Part shown: in pieces, positions 38,553 through 51,612 of the stretch
Layout: each line of letters opens with the position of its first letter
Numbering within the stretch: position 1 is the stretch's first letter
DNA from: Phoronis australis
Lineage: Eukaryota > Animalia > Phoronida
DNA: 64,000 nt
Direction of reading: 5' to 3'
Assembly (NCBI GenBank): GCA_002633005.1
Contig: NMRA01000100.1
Location: 270,302-334,301 of the forward strand
Translations under genes and position numbers: made by a program
The notes under the pieces: generated by a model
Databases searched by the model: none
Seen by the model: only the letters and a program-made list of their open reading frames with translations
Told to the model about the DNA's origin: nothing

Positions 38553-39918
38553 CATTCATCGTCGTTGCTCATTGACCCGTTACAAAATAAAATAGAGCAT
38601 TAGAGGAGTCAAGCCTGCAGGCATTAACCAAGGTGACGCGTTGGTTCTGAAATAATTACCTTCCTGCCTTTATCTAACGCGCGGAATTGCTTATTCAACG
38701 CGTGCCTTTAATCAGTACACGCACAGTACTTCGCTGGATGACGTCCAATTAAAGACTACAGGAGGTCCAGCAAGGTTCTCCAAGTTTCTAATAAGTTGTA
38801 AACGATTCCCATCGAGCTACTGGGGTTAATAGGTACCTTAAGAATCCGCCACTGGGTTGTCAAGTGAACAAGAGGACAGATTTGAATTATGTTCATATCA
38901 GTGCTGTTTCCGAAGTTGAAATGAATGCCATCTCTGAGCAAAAGACGAAATTAAATGAATGTTGATGAATATCATAATTTGAAACTTACTTGACCTCACA
39001 AAGTCAATAGTGCCTTCATTAACATGGTCATTTTACAGAACTCGGCAACTACAATCTTCGAAATTCAAACCTTATTCTTCGACGAATGACAAATTCTGCA
39101 CGTTGAATATGTAATTCTGCGCGTTGAATAAGCGCGTTAAGGTATTCGTTTCAGAACCAATTCTGCACGGTAAATAGCTAATTCATAGCCTGAGTGTTGA
39201 TTAAACAGTTGTGCGCATTGAATGAGCACATTTCAACGTGCAGAACGCTACTCGTTTAAAAAACTGTTGTTGCTTCTAAACAAACGCAGTACTACCGCGA
39301 GAGTACTATAATTGTGCTTAGTTTTCAGTACACCTCAACGAGCGTTGAACTAATAAGAACATTTCAACCACCAGAAAGGTATTCGTTTAAGAATCCTTTT
39401 GCGCTTCAAACTAATGTGATCTGTTAATTTACAAACCCATCCGTAGATCGGTACCAGACTTGACAAGTCGGGTTGAATCTTGAAAGTCCACCGAGTCCAA
39501 CCAGTCACATACAGGCCAAATTGGGAGTAATCGGTAACAATAAAGGCTTTAAATAGTCAACAGAAGTAGTTGTCGCCATGGCAACCCCGTCAGAATAGGA
39601 CGGACTAGACAAGGGAATTCTTTTCATGCCTTGGCAAGGCATGGCAAAGGTAACCCGAAGACAATACCACGCGATAAATATCTGATCCGAGACAGCATCA
39701 CTTCTGGCTATCCCTGGCCTCCAAGCACATTTATTCTCCTTGTTTTCCCACCCGGAAAGATATTTCAATCGATATATACCTCGGTCTATGAAACTCAACT
39801 GAAGCGATACCAGAAAGGGGGACATCCACATCTTGCCGGTCTACTCATCCGAGATAATACCTGTGACGTTAGCCATTAGAGGGAAAATGTCACAAGGAAA
39901 CTAACGCTCATAAATTAA

Positions 39919-41565
39919 AGGAGCATGTCACCCAAAAAACAACATAATTTGTATCAATTTAGGTCGAGTAGTTCTACTCCATAAGGACACGTACGGTTGC
40001 GTTACCTGACACCTGACAGCAGACGGAGGTGTTGAAATTATCCAATGACGTCATCGGTTTCACACGCAGTCTGTTCAGCAGTTCACAACACTGGTTACTG
40101 GTGTCAGCTTATCGCTTGAAGTAATCGTTTAACACCAATAAATCATCAAACTTCGATGTAAAACCCTTAAAAATACACCGAGTTCTTATAAAGACGTGTT
40201 GTTTTATTTCGCTCTTACGGATTTATTGGTATTTGGACACACCGTAGCCTACAAAGTTGGCAGGCCAATAAGGTCCATAGCAGGAGTTTGGGGTCTGTTC
40301 GGAGATAATTTCGAAGTATTTTCCGTGCGATACAGACAGAAGAACCAAGATCTGTGTTGTTTAGACTTGTGATTTTTTGAGTTCTAAACACAAAACGCAT
40401 GTTACCATGGCCAGTGGCTCCGAGCCCGATCAGACCCGTCGCGGCCAGCCGGACTGACTCGATATCCCGGCCAGTGGCTTGGAAACTGATCAGACATCAC
40501 GAACATAAACCAGCCAAAGTTCAGTGGAAAGTAATCTTCCAGTCAAGAAAATACTAAATAGTAGTGAACCAAAGTAATGTGCACTTGATTATGTTGGTGA
40601 ATTAGCCACGAAATTGCAAATCTACTTACTCGTCGGGGGACGCGAATTCAGGTTCCGCTTTGGCCACAGCACCGTCAGGGCAGAAGTTGTACATTGAATA
40701 TCATTATTTGATGTAATGTCAATGTAAATAAAGATTACCCTAACACCTGGCCGTGGAAATCGAATTGTTTCACAACAGTTTCTGCCAGCAAACACTAAAT
40801 TAGCAAGAGCTCACACGGCCTCGGTGTCCCGTCCACCTAAAGCCAGTAACGCAGTGATTTATTCATGGCTGGCTTCTCAAATCATTTGCACTCACGAACA
40901 CTCCACAGGCATTACAAATTGCATCTAATGAGACAGACTTTGTTTATGTTTTATATAAGTATTGGTTTGGGGGAGAATAATTCATTTTGAAACAGAACGC
41001 TCAGTAATAAACGCCAACATGGCAACTCGCAATCCCGACTTAGGACGAGCCAGAGCTCATCAGTCTCGACTTCCCAGGTGGATCGTAAAGTTTTAAAGGC
41101 TATCAATTCGAACAGGAATACAGTGATGAAGAAATACTGAAGAGGCGCCGTGAACAAGCTCAGACAACGGAACGTATGGAGTTATTTGGTAATTCGTCAA
41201 GCACTGTCGACGTCGGCAGGCCACAGACACGGAGGTGTTTCACGGCCTCATACTTGCTATTTACAGCGTACATTTCATTCTTCGCTACCATGAGCCACTT
41301 CCTAAGCATTTCGGGCTCTCGAGGAAATAAAGAAAACGATATACCCGCAGCTGCTTTGTTCGGACAAGCGGGAACGATGCACCGCAACATAGCGGCATTC
41401 ACTCTGCACATGAACCACTGACGTCGCTAGTGTCGTTTCTCACCTTAGTCACAGGTTAACGCGACACCTCTTGGCAAGGTAAGGTCGACCGTATGCGCCA
41501 GGCGATGTGGATATAGACTGATTAAGACGGCAAAAAAGACTAATTAAATCGGGTGGCATTCTCCT
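39919..41565 (-). mobile_element. Kolobok-like DNA transposon (non-autonomous, ~1.65 kb) carrying a THAP-domain ORF
   Basis: TTAA|aggagcatgtcaccc ... gggtggcattctcct|TTAA (13/15 TIR match, TTAA TSD, AG..CT termini). ORF 41160-41411 MLRCIVPACPNKAAAGISFSLFPREPEMLRKWL...RVC is a THAP finger. Confidence 0.78.
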
Positions 41566-41800
41566 TTAAGGGCATCAAGACATTTTACGTAATTTATGAG
41601 CATAATACCATACTTTTATGCCCTTACTTAGCGTTTGGGCACGTGTTAGGTTATGAAGACGTCTACAGTGTATATCAAACAAGCAACAGATAGGCATACA
41701 CACGGAAAATCCGACAATTTTCTCCACACTACGTGCCTCGATAAGACTTGCAATGCACTTATACTCCATATGCCATATACGTTGGAAATTTGCTATTCGA

Positions 41801-42070
41801 CATGCGTGCACCCATGGGGGGGGGGTGCTTGCGGGGCTCGAACGAGCCCCCCCGCCCACATTTGGCGAAGTGGGCAAAAAGGTCCGCCTCAAAGAAACAA
41901 AACGTCCGAGAAAACAAGACAAAAGTCCACTAAAAAGGGGCAGACGCACAGTTCACAGTACTGAAGGTGGTACCCCGTTTTTTTAGTCCTCCAGCTTTTT
42001 TGTTAGCAAAACGTCCACTGCGTCAGGAATTCGAGCCCCCCCCCCAAACTAAAGGCTGGGTGCGCGCAGG
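41801..42070. mobile_element. MITE of the CATGCGCGCAC family
   Basis: catgcgtgcaccca ... tgggtgcgcgcagg with flanks ttcga / ttcca. Reverse-complement homologue of 18209-18442. Confidence 0.8.
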
Positions 42071-42679
42071 TTCCAACTAGTCAAAAAAAAAACGGCTTGT
42101 GAGCTTCTCGACATCAGGTTTTGCAAACGACGCACCTAACGACTCCAGTGAAACATGGTGCTGAATAACGGACTATGAAATGAACAGGTTTACGTAATGA
42201 TCTTTGTTAACGTTTCCGCTAGCAAATAGTACGTTTCCCTTCCGGACGCGTATGTGTCGTTGGCCGCTTCGGGAAAGTGCCGTTCGCCGGTAAATCACGC
42301 TTGGAAATTACGGGCGTAAAGATACTTTTCACGTTCGTGTTTCGAGGGAACGGTAATTGTTTTTTTTTCTATTTCAAGGTGTCATAAAATTCATCCAAAC
42401 AGGAACAGCGTGCAATTGAAATCATTCACCAGTCTTTGATTAAATATTTGTCTCATAGAAAACAAGGAAAATGAGCGAAATATGAAACAATATGTACTAC
42501 AGAAAAAGTAACACGGCAGCTTAGTACTGTAAAAATCATGTTCGAGAAATTCACTATACACATCATTACTAATACAGGTTGGGTGCTCGTAAGCGCCTAA
42601 AAAATGAGGCGCTCGAATTTTTGAGAATGTGGACCTTGAACTTAAAAAAGGTACGTTCAAGGCTATGAAGTGTGCATTC

Positions 42680-42810
42680 GCCGAATTTTGGTAGTTCCTG
42701 CCTTTTTAGTGGACTTTTGTCTCGCTTTCTACTTTTTCAGACTTTTTGTTTCTCTGAGGTGGACCTTTTTGCCCACTTCGCCAAATGAGGCTCCCCTGGG
42801 TGCGCGCGTG
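42680..42810. mobile_element. Partial CATGCGCGCAC-family MITE
   Basis: tttagtggacttttgtctc core, ending in ctgggtgcgcgcgtg. Confidence 0.65.
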
Positions 42811-43340
42811 ATGCTTGACAATGATTGGCTGCGCTCATTCGCAGCTCCCGACATGTTCACCTCAGCACAGGTAGCACTGAACAGTTAGGCTGCGGCCACG
42901 AGGCATTTTATAGTCCCTAGAATTTAAGTAAAGGCGTGTGTCAGCCAGAGTTTGGTGGCTGTTTTATGGAATGGGTTGAAAATAATTTCAAGGAAGCTGA
43001 TTTGCTTGTGCTTTTGAACGAGGAAACCCAAGTTTCTTAGCTGTGACCTACTTTGGATGCAAAATGGTGGCCTGCTGTCGGAGACACCGGGTACGATTTC
43101 AAGTGGCTGTCAAACAGATCAAAATTGCCAAAAACGTAGCTTGTAAGGGGCGTACTATGACCACATTTTCAAAATCAAGAGAGTACGAACATTCTGAATC
43201 TGCAGTAGTGAGACTTTTTCTAGCGCTTGCAGGGAAGTGCTAATTGTGAGAAGAGAACTCTCAAATTTGGTGTTTTTGGCAATATTTTTGTGTGCCGGAA
43301 TTTTTCCAATCTTAATTAACCGATTAAAAATCTGTAGCGT

Positions 43341-45156
43341 CAGTGGCGGATCTACGTTTTCAGTAAGGGGGGGGGTTTAGGATTCCCGCAAAGGTCGAAT
43401 CCGAGGCGCGTGGCGCCGAGCGGGGAGGGGGTGGAGGTCGAGTAAGACAACTTTTTGTTTTTGTAGCCAAACAGTGAAATTTCCATGCATCCTGGTACTT
43501 TTCTGGCACTTGACATGTCCCTGGAGTTTTTCTTAAGATAATTAAAAACCCTTCTCGATTTTTGGCTCATAAGTTTCGTGAAACCATATTTGTGCACATC
43601 TGGGTATGAGTCACGCCACCAGCAAAAATTTTCGTTGGAACATCTGCTTACACACACCTTTTTAGCATACGAAAGAGTGTGGTGTGTATACAGGGGTTTA
43701 GACAACTACCAAACATTGAAGAGCATAAGGAGCACCCACGGGGCGTAAAAACTTGAATATCAGATGATCGCAACAGCCTCAAGCTGTTTAAGAATGAAGA
43801 CCTGTACTGTTAGTACGGAAATAAACATNNNNNNNNNNNNNNNNNNNNNNNNNNNNNNNNNNNNNNNNNNNNNNNNNNNNNNNNNNNNNNNNNNNNGGTT
43901 TGCTTGTCTTAGAACCATTCTACCCAGACATCTTCGACGTTTGTTCCCAACGCTTGCACTTCGTCAACTGTTGTGTCAATGACCTTGTCCACCTCTACAA
44001 TGTCAGCATCTCGTTTCGCAGCTCAGTTGGCACTAAGCCCCCTGAGGTTACCAAGTCCATTCAAAAGACTTACAACATGCTCAACTAAATTTGTTCCGTT
44101 CATCATGGACTACTTCAAACCTTGACGATGTATCCCAGGACCCATTTGCATCTCTTGCAACTTTCGAAATAAACGTCCCAATGTGTGAACGCTTGAAACC
44201 CGAAGTACTAACATCAAATAAATGCCCATGGGCATGGGCGTTTCGTCGCGTGGGCCTTTCTGCGGAAATCATCTCAGTAGGGCCTATAGAAAACCTCACT
44301 GGTGCTTATTGCAGGTAGAAAGACGGTAGGCGGTTGAGGTCGGCATTAGAGCTCCTTAGAAGGCCCATTGAACATCGCACGAGTCCCGCAAGACTTTGTT
44401 GTGAAAATACAGCCTCCCCGCAATTTCTGGTACTGTACACTGTTCGCGAATGCGGTCACTTTGTTAATGTGAGTGCCCTCTTGGTCATTCCTTGTATAGT
44501 CATAACTTGTTAGAGTTCTATGATCTTCAAACAGACTCGCCACCAGACCACGGCGCCCGCCACAATAGCAATTCTTCGGAAAACGAGTTTTTTTTTTCAA
44601 AAGTATTACATGTACACGTACACTGTATGATATTGCGCAAGACAACTTTACAATACACCAGTCAAACGTGTGGGGTGTAATAGGATGACACGGCATGACA
44701 GATGAGGTAAAAACGTTGCCCATCAATTCGCCTGAATATCAGGGTTGCGGCACCACAGTATTTCCCCTAATCAAATCAAAACATATCTTAGAGTAAAGAA
44801 ACTAGCTACCTAAAGAAATCAGCTATAGGGCTGCTTTTTCAGTGGTGGATGCTTGGCTACTTCAGAAATGTCGTCGGAAGCGCGCGCACAATTGATCTGC
44901 GGGGTTTTGCCGATGAGCCACGAAGACTCGAAACGCGTTGATTTTCATAACAGCAATTCACAATGCAAAAAATATATTTTCAGAGTGAACCCCCCTCCTC
45001 TCATTTTTTCCAAGTTGGTTTACTCAGGGTTTACACACGCTGGCGGTGCCGTTTTTGTTTTGCTGGAGACGTTTTTTTTTTTTTTTTTAATTTTTGGGTC
45101 CTGGCCCGAGGGGGGGGTTTAAACCCCCTGAACCCCCCCCCGTAGATCCGCCTCTG
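43341..45156 (-). mobile_element. Degenerate hAT-like DNA transposon with 5-bp TSD (spans an N gap)
   Basis: TIRs cagtggcggatctacg / cgtagatccgcctctg with perfect TSD agcgt. Minus-strand remnants LRGLSAN*AAKRDADIVEVDKVIDTTVDEVQAL..VWVEWF resemble the hAT transposase L..LS..LQ....DI..A segment. Confidence 0.65.
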
Positions 45157-47281
45157 AGCGTACTTAAGTTTCAGTTATCATGAGTTGTGCTTGTGAGTTG
45201 GGAATGCTACAAAACCCTTTGTTTTTTCAGACTCTTGATTAGGACGTGAGGAGAGGACTCCCCCCTACTTCGGTGTGCGTCGGCAACCAAAACCCTGTAA
45301 TAACAGTAAGCCTAGTGTGCCGCCACAGCTACCAGCAGGCCGCCATCCTGTGACTATGCAGTAAGCTTTGAACGCCTGACGTTGGAGATAGTTCAAAAGG
45401 TCAATAGTTCGACTAAAGTCGTTCACTACAGTTCAAATTATAGATAGTATAGTTCCAACGATGGTTCCAGCTGCAAACGGACAATGGAATCCAGGGTACC
45501 ACGCGAGAAGGATTTGGACATGCGCTGTAACTGACTAGGTTTTACTATGCGTCGTAAGACACCCCATTTACTATCTCAACAAACTAAATCCATACTTCTC
45601 TTTTTCTTATATTTCGATCCAACATCGAACTTTTTCACAAGTACATTACCTGATGGCGCCGATGTACATGTTCTGAATACGTTCGACATCGGCCAATCAA
45701 CTTAGGCCACGCCCACGTTAGTTACCATTGCAAAGTTCCACGAGAGCAAAGGAGATATGGCGGAAGTACCTTGCATACGCACTACAACAACACACAATGT
45801 GCTCTCGGTGATATTTCACTGAAACTGTTTCCTCTACGGAGCCACAGAATTGGAGGTCCAAAGGATAAATTAATCGTTACACCGTACAACGGTATCTCTA
45901 CGATTCCACGTGTCTAAGCCAAGTGAACATCACCTAGAAGTAAGATGCAGTCCCTATAGCGGTTTTGCAGCGAAGCATTTGGGTATGCTGGTGAGTTAGT
46001 CCATAGCACAATTGAGACGGTATGGAAAAAAACTGCCTTCACGGGATTAAGGCCCACCCAAACGCCAAAAAGCAGTGACCTGAGCAGCCGTTCTCAGTGA
46101 GCTCGACGAGTGTTAACCGCACACAGCGCTGGCTGACCTTGTTACGTGTTCGTTGCGAACAGTGCCGATGTACTATTCATTGTATTTAAAACACGTATGT
46201 AGTCTAGACAACAGATATCATTGAACAGGGTGGTTGAATAATGGCGATATCAGCTGATACTTTCGTTTGATAATTTAACATGATCATAGTTTCAGGTAAA
46301 CATCCCCTATCACAGGACCAGTAGCGGGTACTTACGGTACAAGTAAACTGAATAATTTCTTACTGTTGATGTGTGTTGTTCATATTACAGTCAGCAAATC
46401 TTAGCTAACTATGCATTCACTGAAATAATATCAAATGTTTCAATTTCTTATTAAATAATGTACGCTGCTTTATCATGTAGGCCATCCGATTCTCAATTCA
46501 TATAAAATCATGGCGCAGTGGATTTCACCAAATCGGAGGAGGTTTCCCTTGGACTAGGTCCCCGCAGCGCCTCATGAGTGAATGAGGTGGTACTATGACG
46601 CTCCCGGCTGTGAACAACGCTTTTCTGACAAAACGTGTATTTAGTTGTAATGAGCGACCTTCAGTCTACAGGTTGCGCGACCGTCTCGTCCACGGCTGCA
46701 CACTTAGAATTGTCAAACAACGTGTGGAATTCGACGACATTTTGAGATGCTCAACAGTAGTTTGGTAAGGATACAATTTACAAGAAATTATCAAGTACAG
46801 AAATTCTCGCTTAGAATAACTTTAATACCCGATGTTACAAGAGAATTCCCGCTTTTTCGTCTGGTTGAACGTGGAAATAACCTGACCGTAACATACTGCA
46901 CTGGTGTTGGCTTAAGAAGTAAATGGGGATACCAAGTCAGAAGCTGCAGGTCCCACCAATCCAAATATTTGGTGAATGACTTTGCCGCCGAACGTCGTTT
47001 TTTAATTAAGGACAAATCGTACCGTTTTGAACAATGATTACTAATAATGCAACTCATGTGGCCTCTGTGATTAACAGGAACCCCAACGAAAGACAAGGTT
47101 GCTCAAACGATGCATGGTTAACAAACAAATACAACACTAAGAACAAGATTTCTTTCTTCACTCGATCTATATCAGCCCTAAAAGCAATTTTATCTGACTC
47201 ATTGATCAGCGGAAGACATTCTAGTAAACCGGCAAAATGTGTACGCAGGAGACCACAAAGTCACAAAAACTATGATAGGTG

Positions 47282-47435
47282 CAGGGGCGGATCCAGGATT
47301 TTGAGTTGGGGGGCATGGCAGAGTATTAGCCATGATTTTGCCCGCCAGACATTCGCACCCCCATCTGACATATGTAAACTAGGAGAATTTTAGGGGGGGC
47401 ATGGCCCCCTTGGCCCCCCTCTAAATCCGCCACTG
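47282..47435. mobile_element. hAT-like MITE
   Basis: caggggcggat / atccgccactg with flanks aggtg / cggtg. Inverted homologue of 15893-16059. Confidence 0.7.
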
Positions 47436-48403
47436 CGGTGGGCGACTAATAACAAGAGATTGCAAATGTACAACAGCCGGCTACGACACCGAGAGGGTTC
47501 ATCTTCTGTGAAGAGTCGATTAGTAAACCTCCAAACTCCGCAAGAACCGCCGTGTAAACCGTATTCGTCGGTGGCGGCCTTAAAAAATCGGACAACAATG
47601 TTTATCCTTGGAATGCTGAAAAGTGTTAACCACGTTTACATGTACTGCGGTACATAACCATGTGAAAATTAAAGGTTTTAGATCTTAAATCATTAGAAAG
47701 CGATTGTTGAATGAATCATCTTAAGCCAGAAAAATGTTTCAAGGTCGTTCTTCATTGAAAGTGAGTCAAAACTAGCAAATCATGTATCTCACGACTAATA
47801 AATATGATCATTTGATATGAATATTGAAGATGAATATTTTATCATGTGTAGCACAAAGAACAGCTAATATATCATATTCATATTCATAAGAGCCATACAA
47901 ATATATAATTTTATGCATTTCATCAAGATTTATTCCAAACCAGTGTTTCGTGCAACTCCCTGTTGCCAGAAATTTGTAATATTCGAGATCTGCTGGGTGA
48001 CGCTTACCGCCATGACACATGCTCGCCTTAACCAATCATAAGAACGCATAGGTAGGTCAAAGGTTGCAAAGCTTGGACTAGCTACTACGTGGCATCAGCT
48101 TGAGCTCGAAGTCTCCAGAGTAATATTGGTCAAGATTGCAATAAATCACAGTAATTGGAACTTCTGGAATTCACAATCCATGGACAGCGCACAATAGGGG
48201 TGTGTGGGGCTCCTCACTTATTTCAGTGCAGCACCGCCCATCAGCATGGGCGGCCCGTGCGCACCATATAGGAAGCTGGGGGAGCTATAGCCCCCCTCCC
48301 ACTTATTCCCGTGCTGTGCTGCCCATGCAGTCTACAGTGTGCGAGTGGTAGCTGGGTCACCGGGGTCGCAGCTGTCTGTTTACTTGTACACCTACAATGA
48401 AAA

Positions 48404-48989
48404 GGCCGGTCGGCGCATCGACCCATGAGTGACCGTCAAGCGCTTCTTATTAATCTTCAGATGTTTGCCAATACACATCTATTTGTCAGTGGAGTCCTAC
48501 GTAGCAGTAAAATAAGACGGAGGACAACAACGGTATACAACACATATTTTCACTGTTCCCTGACCCAGGCACCAACATCTGATACAGTGCAGTGATTATA
48601 TTCACCTTTTCACACACCCCTAGTCAGAATAACAATTTCAGAACATTCAATCATGAAATAAATCACTGGTGTGTTCACGGGCACAATTTGTGAGGTACAA
48701 CAATGGAACAACCTTAAAGTCATCCACTTACAAGCGAAAATGTGGAACTCTGTAAAAATTCCAACTTTTTCACACTTTGAAAGTATTCATAAGAACATCC
48801 CGGACGGGAAAATGGAAAAAATCGATTGCGATCTAAACTTCCCTCAACAGAGTGCAAATTCCATTGCAAGACAAGCAGGCGATCAGCACACTTCTTCTAA
48901 CACCATTTTAGGAACACAAAATGTGTGAAAAATAATTTCGAAAAATTATATGAAATTGGTATCAGCAACCTCTCAATACTCCTGGTCGT
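48404..48989 (+). repeat. Dispersed ~600-bp repeat, copy 2 (uninterrupted)
   Basis: Colinear with 14883-15724. Confidence 0.85.
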
Positions 48990-49539
48990 CCTCAAGGCAA
49001 ACTGGGAACAACATACCTCGTATTTCCTGGGTATGCCGCATACGTACATTCTTTGAAAACCAGCTTCAGGCATCCTTGCTGTATCTCTAACGTTGTTCGG
49101 GCCTGAGCCATCATATATTTTGCCCAAGTTGATTGAAGGAATGTTCTCAACTCTCCGTTGACGACAACCAGACTACTTCAAATTTCATATTTCAGCATCC
49201 AGCCAGAACCGATGGCAAAGCTTGTAGGAATGGTCAAATCATTGACCAAAGCCCGGTATGAAGGTATCATCACTCTTTGGAATGAAGCTCCCCTGTATTC
49301 CTTGACTGCTTTTAACCGCTAATTAGTCGGCAACACGGAAAGGACAAGGGAAATAGTAGAGACTGTCCTGAAATGCTGTGGAAAAGCTCTTGATAATGAT
49401 TCAAGGAAACATTTTCTTCACTTTTATTCGAAAAATTGAAATGAGTTGTTGTAATGTTGTTATCGTCGACGGCCGCTATAAAGCAAACTCCGACCTGTAT
49501 CTAACTTGGTCGCGGTGTCCTCAGTCGTGTGAGCGAAAT

Positions 49540-49720
49540 GAAGTACCCAGTAATTAAAACTCTTTGTCTGTACACCGGTGTGATGAAAACGAAAGAACTT
49601 GTTTGTCGCCACGTCTGGTGGTCTTGGGATGAAGATTGCGAAGTGGAAAAGCACGTGAAAAGCTTCCATGTTTGCCAGCTGGTCAGTCACGTGTGTAAAA
49701 CGCAACCTACGAAACGTCAT
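49540..49720 (+). mobile_element. Gypsy-type integrase zinc-binding (H2C2) fragment
   Basis: TGVMKTKELVCRHVWWSWDEDCEVEKHVKSFHVCQ matches H.G..KTK..R..VWWP.MD..VE..V..C..CQ. Confidence 0.6.
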
Positions 49721-50239
49721 GCTAGAACTAACGAGTTACCGGTACCCATTGTAAAACGGAATTCAGCACATCCTTGGGAACACGAAACTGTTGATGAAGA
49801 ACAAAACAGTGATACTCTGTAAGATAAATTGTTTCACCCGACCTTGTGACAAGAAGTTGTGGTATTGGCCTGTGTTTATGACAGGTTTTCACGGATTAAT
49901 TAGCTTAGGTATTTACTGTATGTACATGTTTAGTTTAAAGTTATTAATTGTTGCCTCTTGACGTATGTTTAGCTTGGGTGTTTACTGCACATGTTCAGTT
50001 CAAGGTTATTAATGCTACCTCTTGATAAATATTTACAAATTATCCCAGCCCTAGCTAGTCTTCCCCATTGGTTAGTTTTATATTTGGCGCACATTCTGAT
50101 TGGTCGAATAGGTTGACTTGCATGTTATATGTTACATCCTTATACTATCTCACCAGCAGCTTTTAAATACTGAACAGACGTGCTTTACTCTTCGAACCAC
50201 CTCGGGTTTTATTCATACACAATATAACACGCATCTTTT

Positions 50240-50251
50240 TGGTGCCGTGAC
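50240..50251 (+). promoter_or_regulatory. Primer binding site (tRNA-His type) of the BEL/Pao element
   Basis: tggtgccgtgac just after the 5' LTR, complementary to the tRNA-His 3' end. Confidence 0.8.
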
Positions 50252-50267
50252 CCTCAACTCTAGTCTC

Positions 50268-51612
50268 ATGGATGTAAAACGGCTAACGGCAAAACGGACT
50301 GCTCAGAAGGGGCAAATCACAACGCTACTCCATCGTCTCACCAACCTCCCGAACGACTCCCATCAAGCAACACCACTTCTAGATACCCTGAATGATAAAC
50401 TGGATGCTGTCAAGGACTTCAACGACTAAATTCACCAAGCCATAGAAAACGACGACCAATCTGCAGAGGAAATGCTCACCGATGATTCCTACGTTACAGA
50501 CATCCAAATGGCAATAGCTGAATTCAATTTCTCATCAGCACAGCAACCTCCACCAGCAATAGCGACGTCCTCAACACCCAACCACAGTTCTACATCGTCT
50601 TCCACCTTTCGCCTGCCAACGTTACAACTGCAGAAATTTGGCGGAAATATCCTGGAATATCAAAAGTTTTGGGACCTGTATGAGGCCAGCGTACACAACT
50701 TGCAGTCATTGCCACCGGTGCGAAAATTCGCATACCTCAAATCGCTGCTGGTGGCCGAAGCATTCCAACTCATCGATGGTCTCCCAATCGACAACACTAA
50801 CTACGTCATCGCAATCCAACTCCTCCAAGAGCGGTATGGATGTACAGCGAAACTGCGAGCCAACCTCATCGAGTCCATTACAACACTGGACGTCCCGGAC
50901 AACCACCCATCGACACTGCGCTCCTTCCACGACACGCTGGAAACCAAATTAAGACAACTCTCCGCTATCGGTACATACGATGGCAGTCTCCTTGTGCCAG
51001 TTCAGATGAGCAAACTGCCATTCTCCATCAAACGTTCGATCGCACGGCGCACCGACGGTAACCTGGACAGAACCCTCAACCAGCTACGAAACTTTCTGCG
51101 AATTGAACTCGATATTGTACTTGCATTCCATGACAACACGCCATCTGCAAGTGCATTCCATACGCATGTCAAACGGAACTGCAAACCACCACTGAAGTCA
51201 TGCTTTTACTGTGTCAACAACTCCCACAAGACTATCGACTGCACTCAGTCACACGACCAGAAGCTCGCCAAAATCCGACACAGCAAAGCATGTTTTAACT
51301 GCCTGGGAAATCATATGGTCTCAGCATGCAAATCGCGTTTTCGATGTCGTACCTGTGGTAAGAAACACCACAGTAGTCTCTGTTCAGACGCCAACAACAC
51401 TGCACCTAACCAAACTAGGACCGCGCCCGTGACCGACCGTTCCTCTGGTAACCATGCTCACCACGACAACTCTCAGCGTGACAACACAAATGCCGCCGCA
51501 TCAGTCACTCATCTTTCGTCATATAATACTGTACTCCTCAAGACCGCCACAGCATGCGTTAGCAATGCCCATCATCATTCGATGTCCACTAATATTTTAT
51601 TCGATGAAGGCA
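50268..51612 (+). pseudogene. BEL/Pao gag (DUF1759-like domain plus three zinc knuckles) with one premature stop, truncated in the protease
   Basis: Single frame from MDVKRL, with TAA at 50427-50429. Contains LPTLQLQKFGGNILEYQKFWDLY..KFAYLKSLL, CFYC..H....C, CFNCLGNH....C, CRTCGKKHHSSLC and VLLKTA...ILFDEG, then runs into the 3' LTR. Confidence 0.9.
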
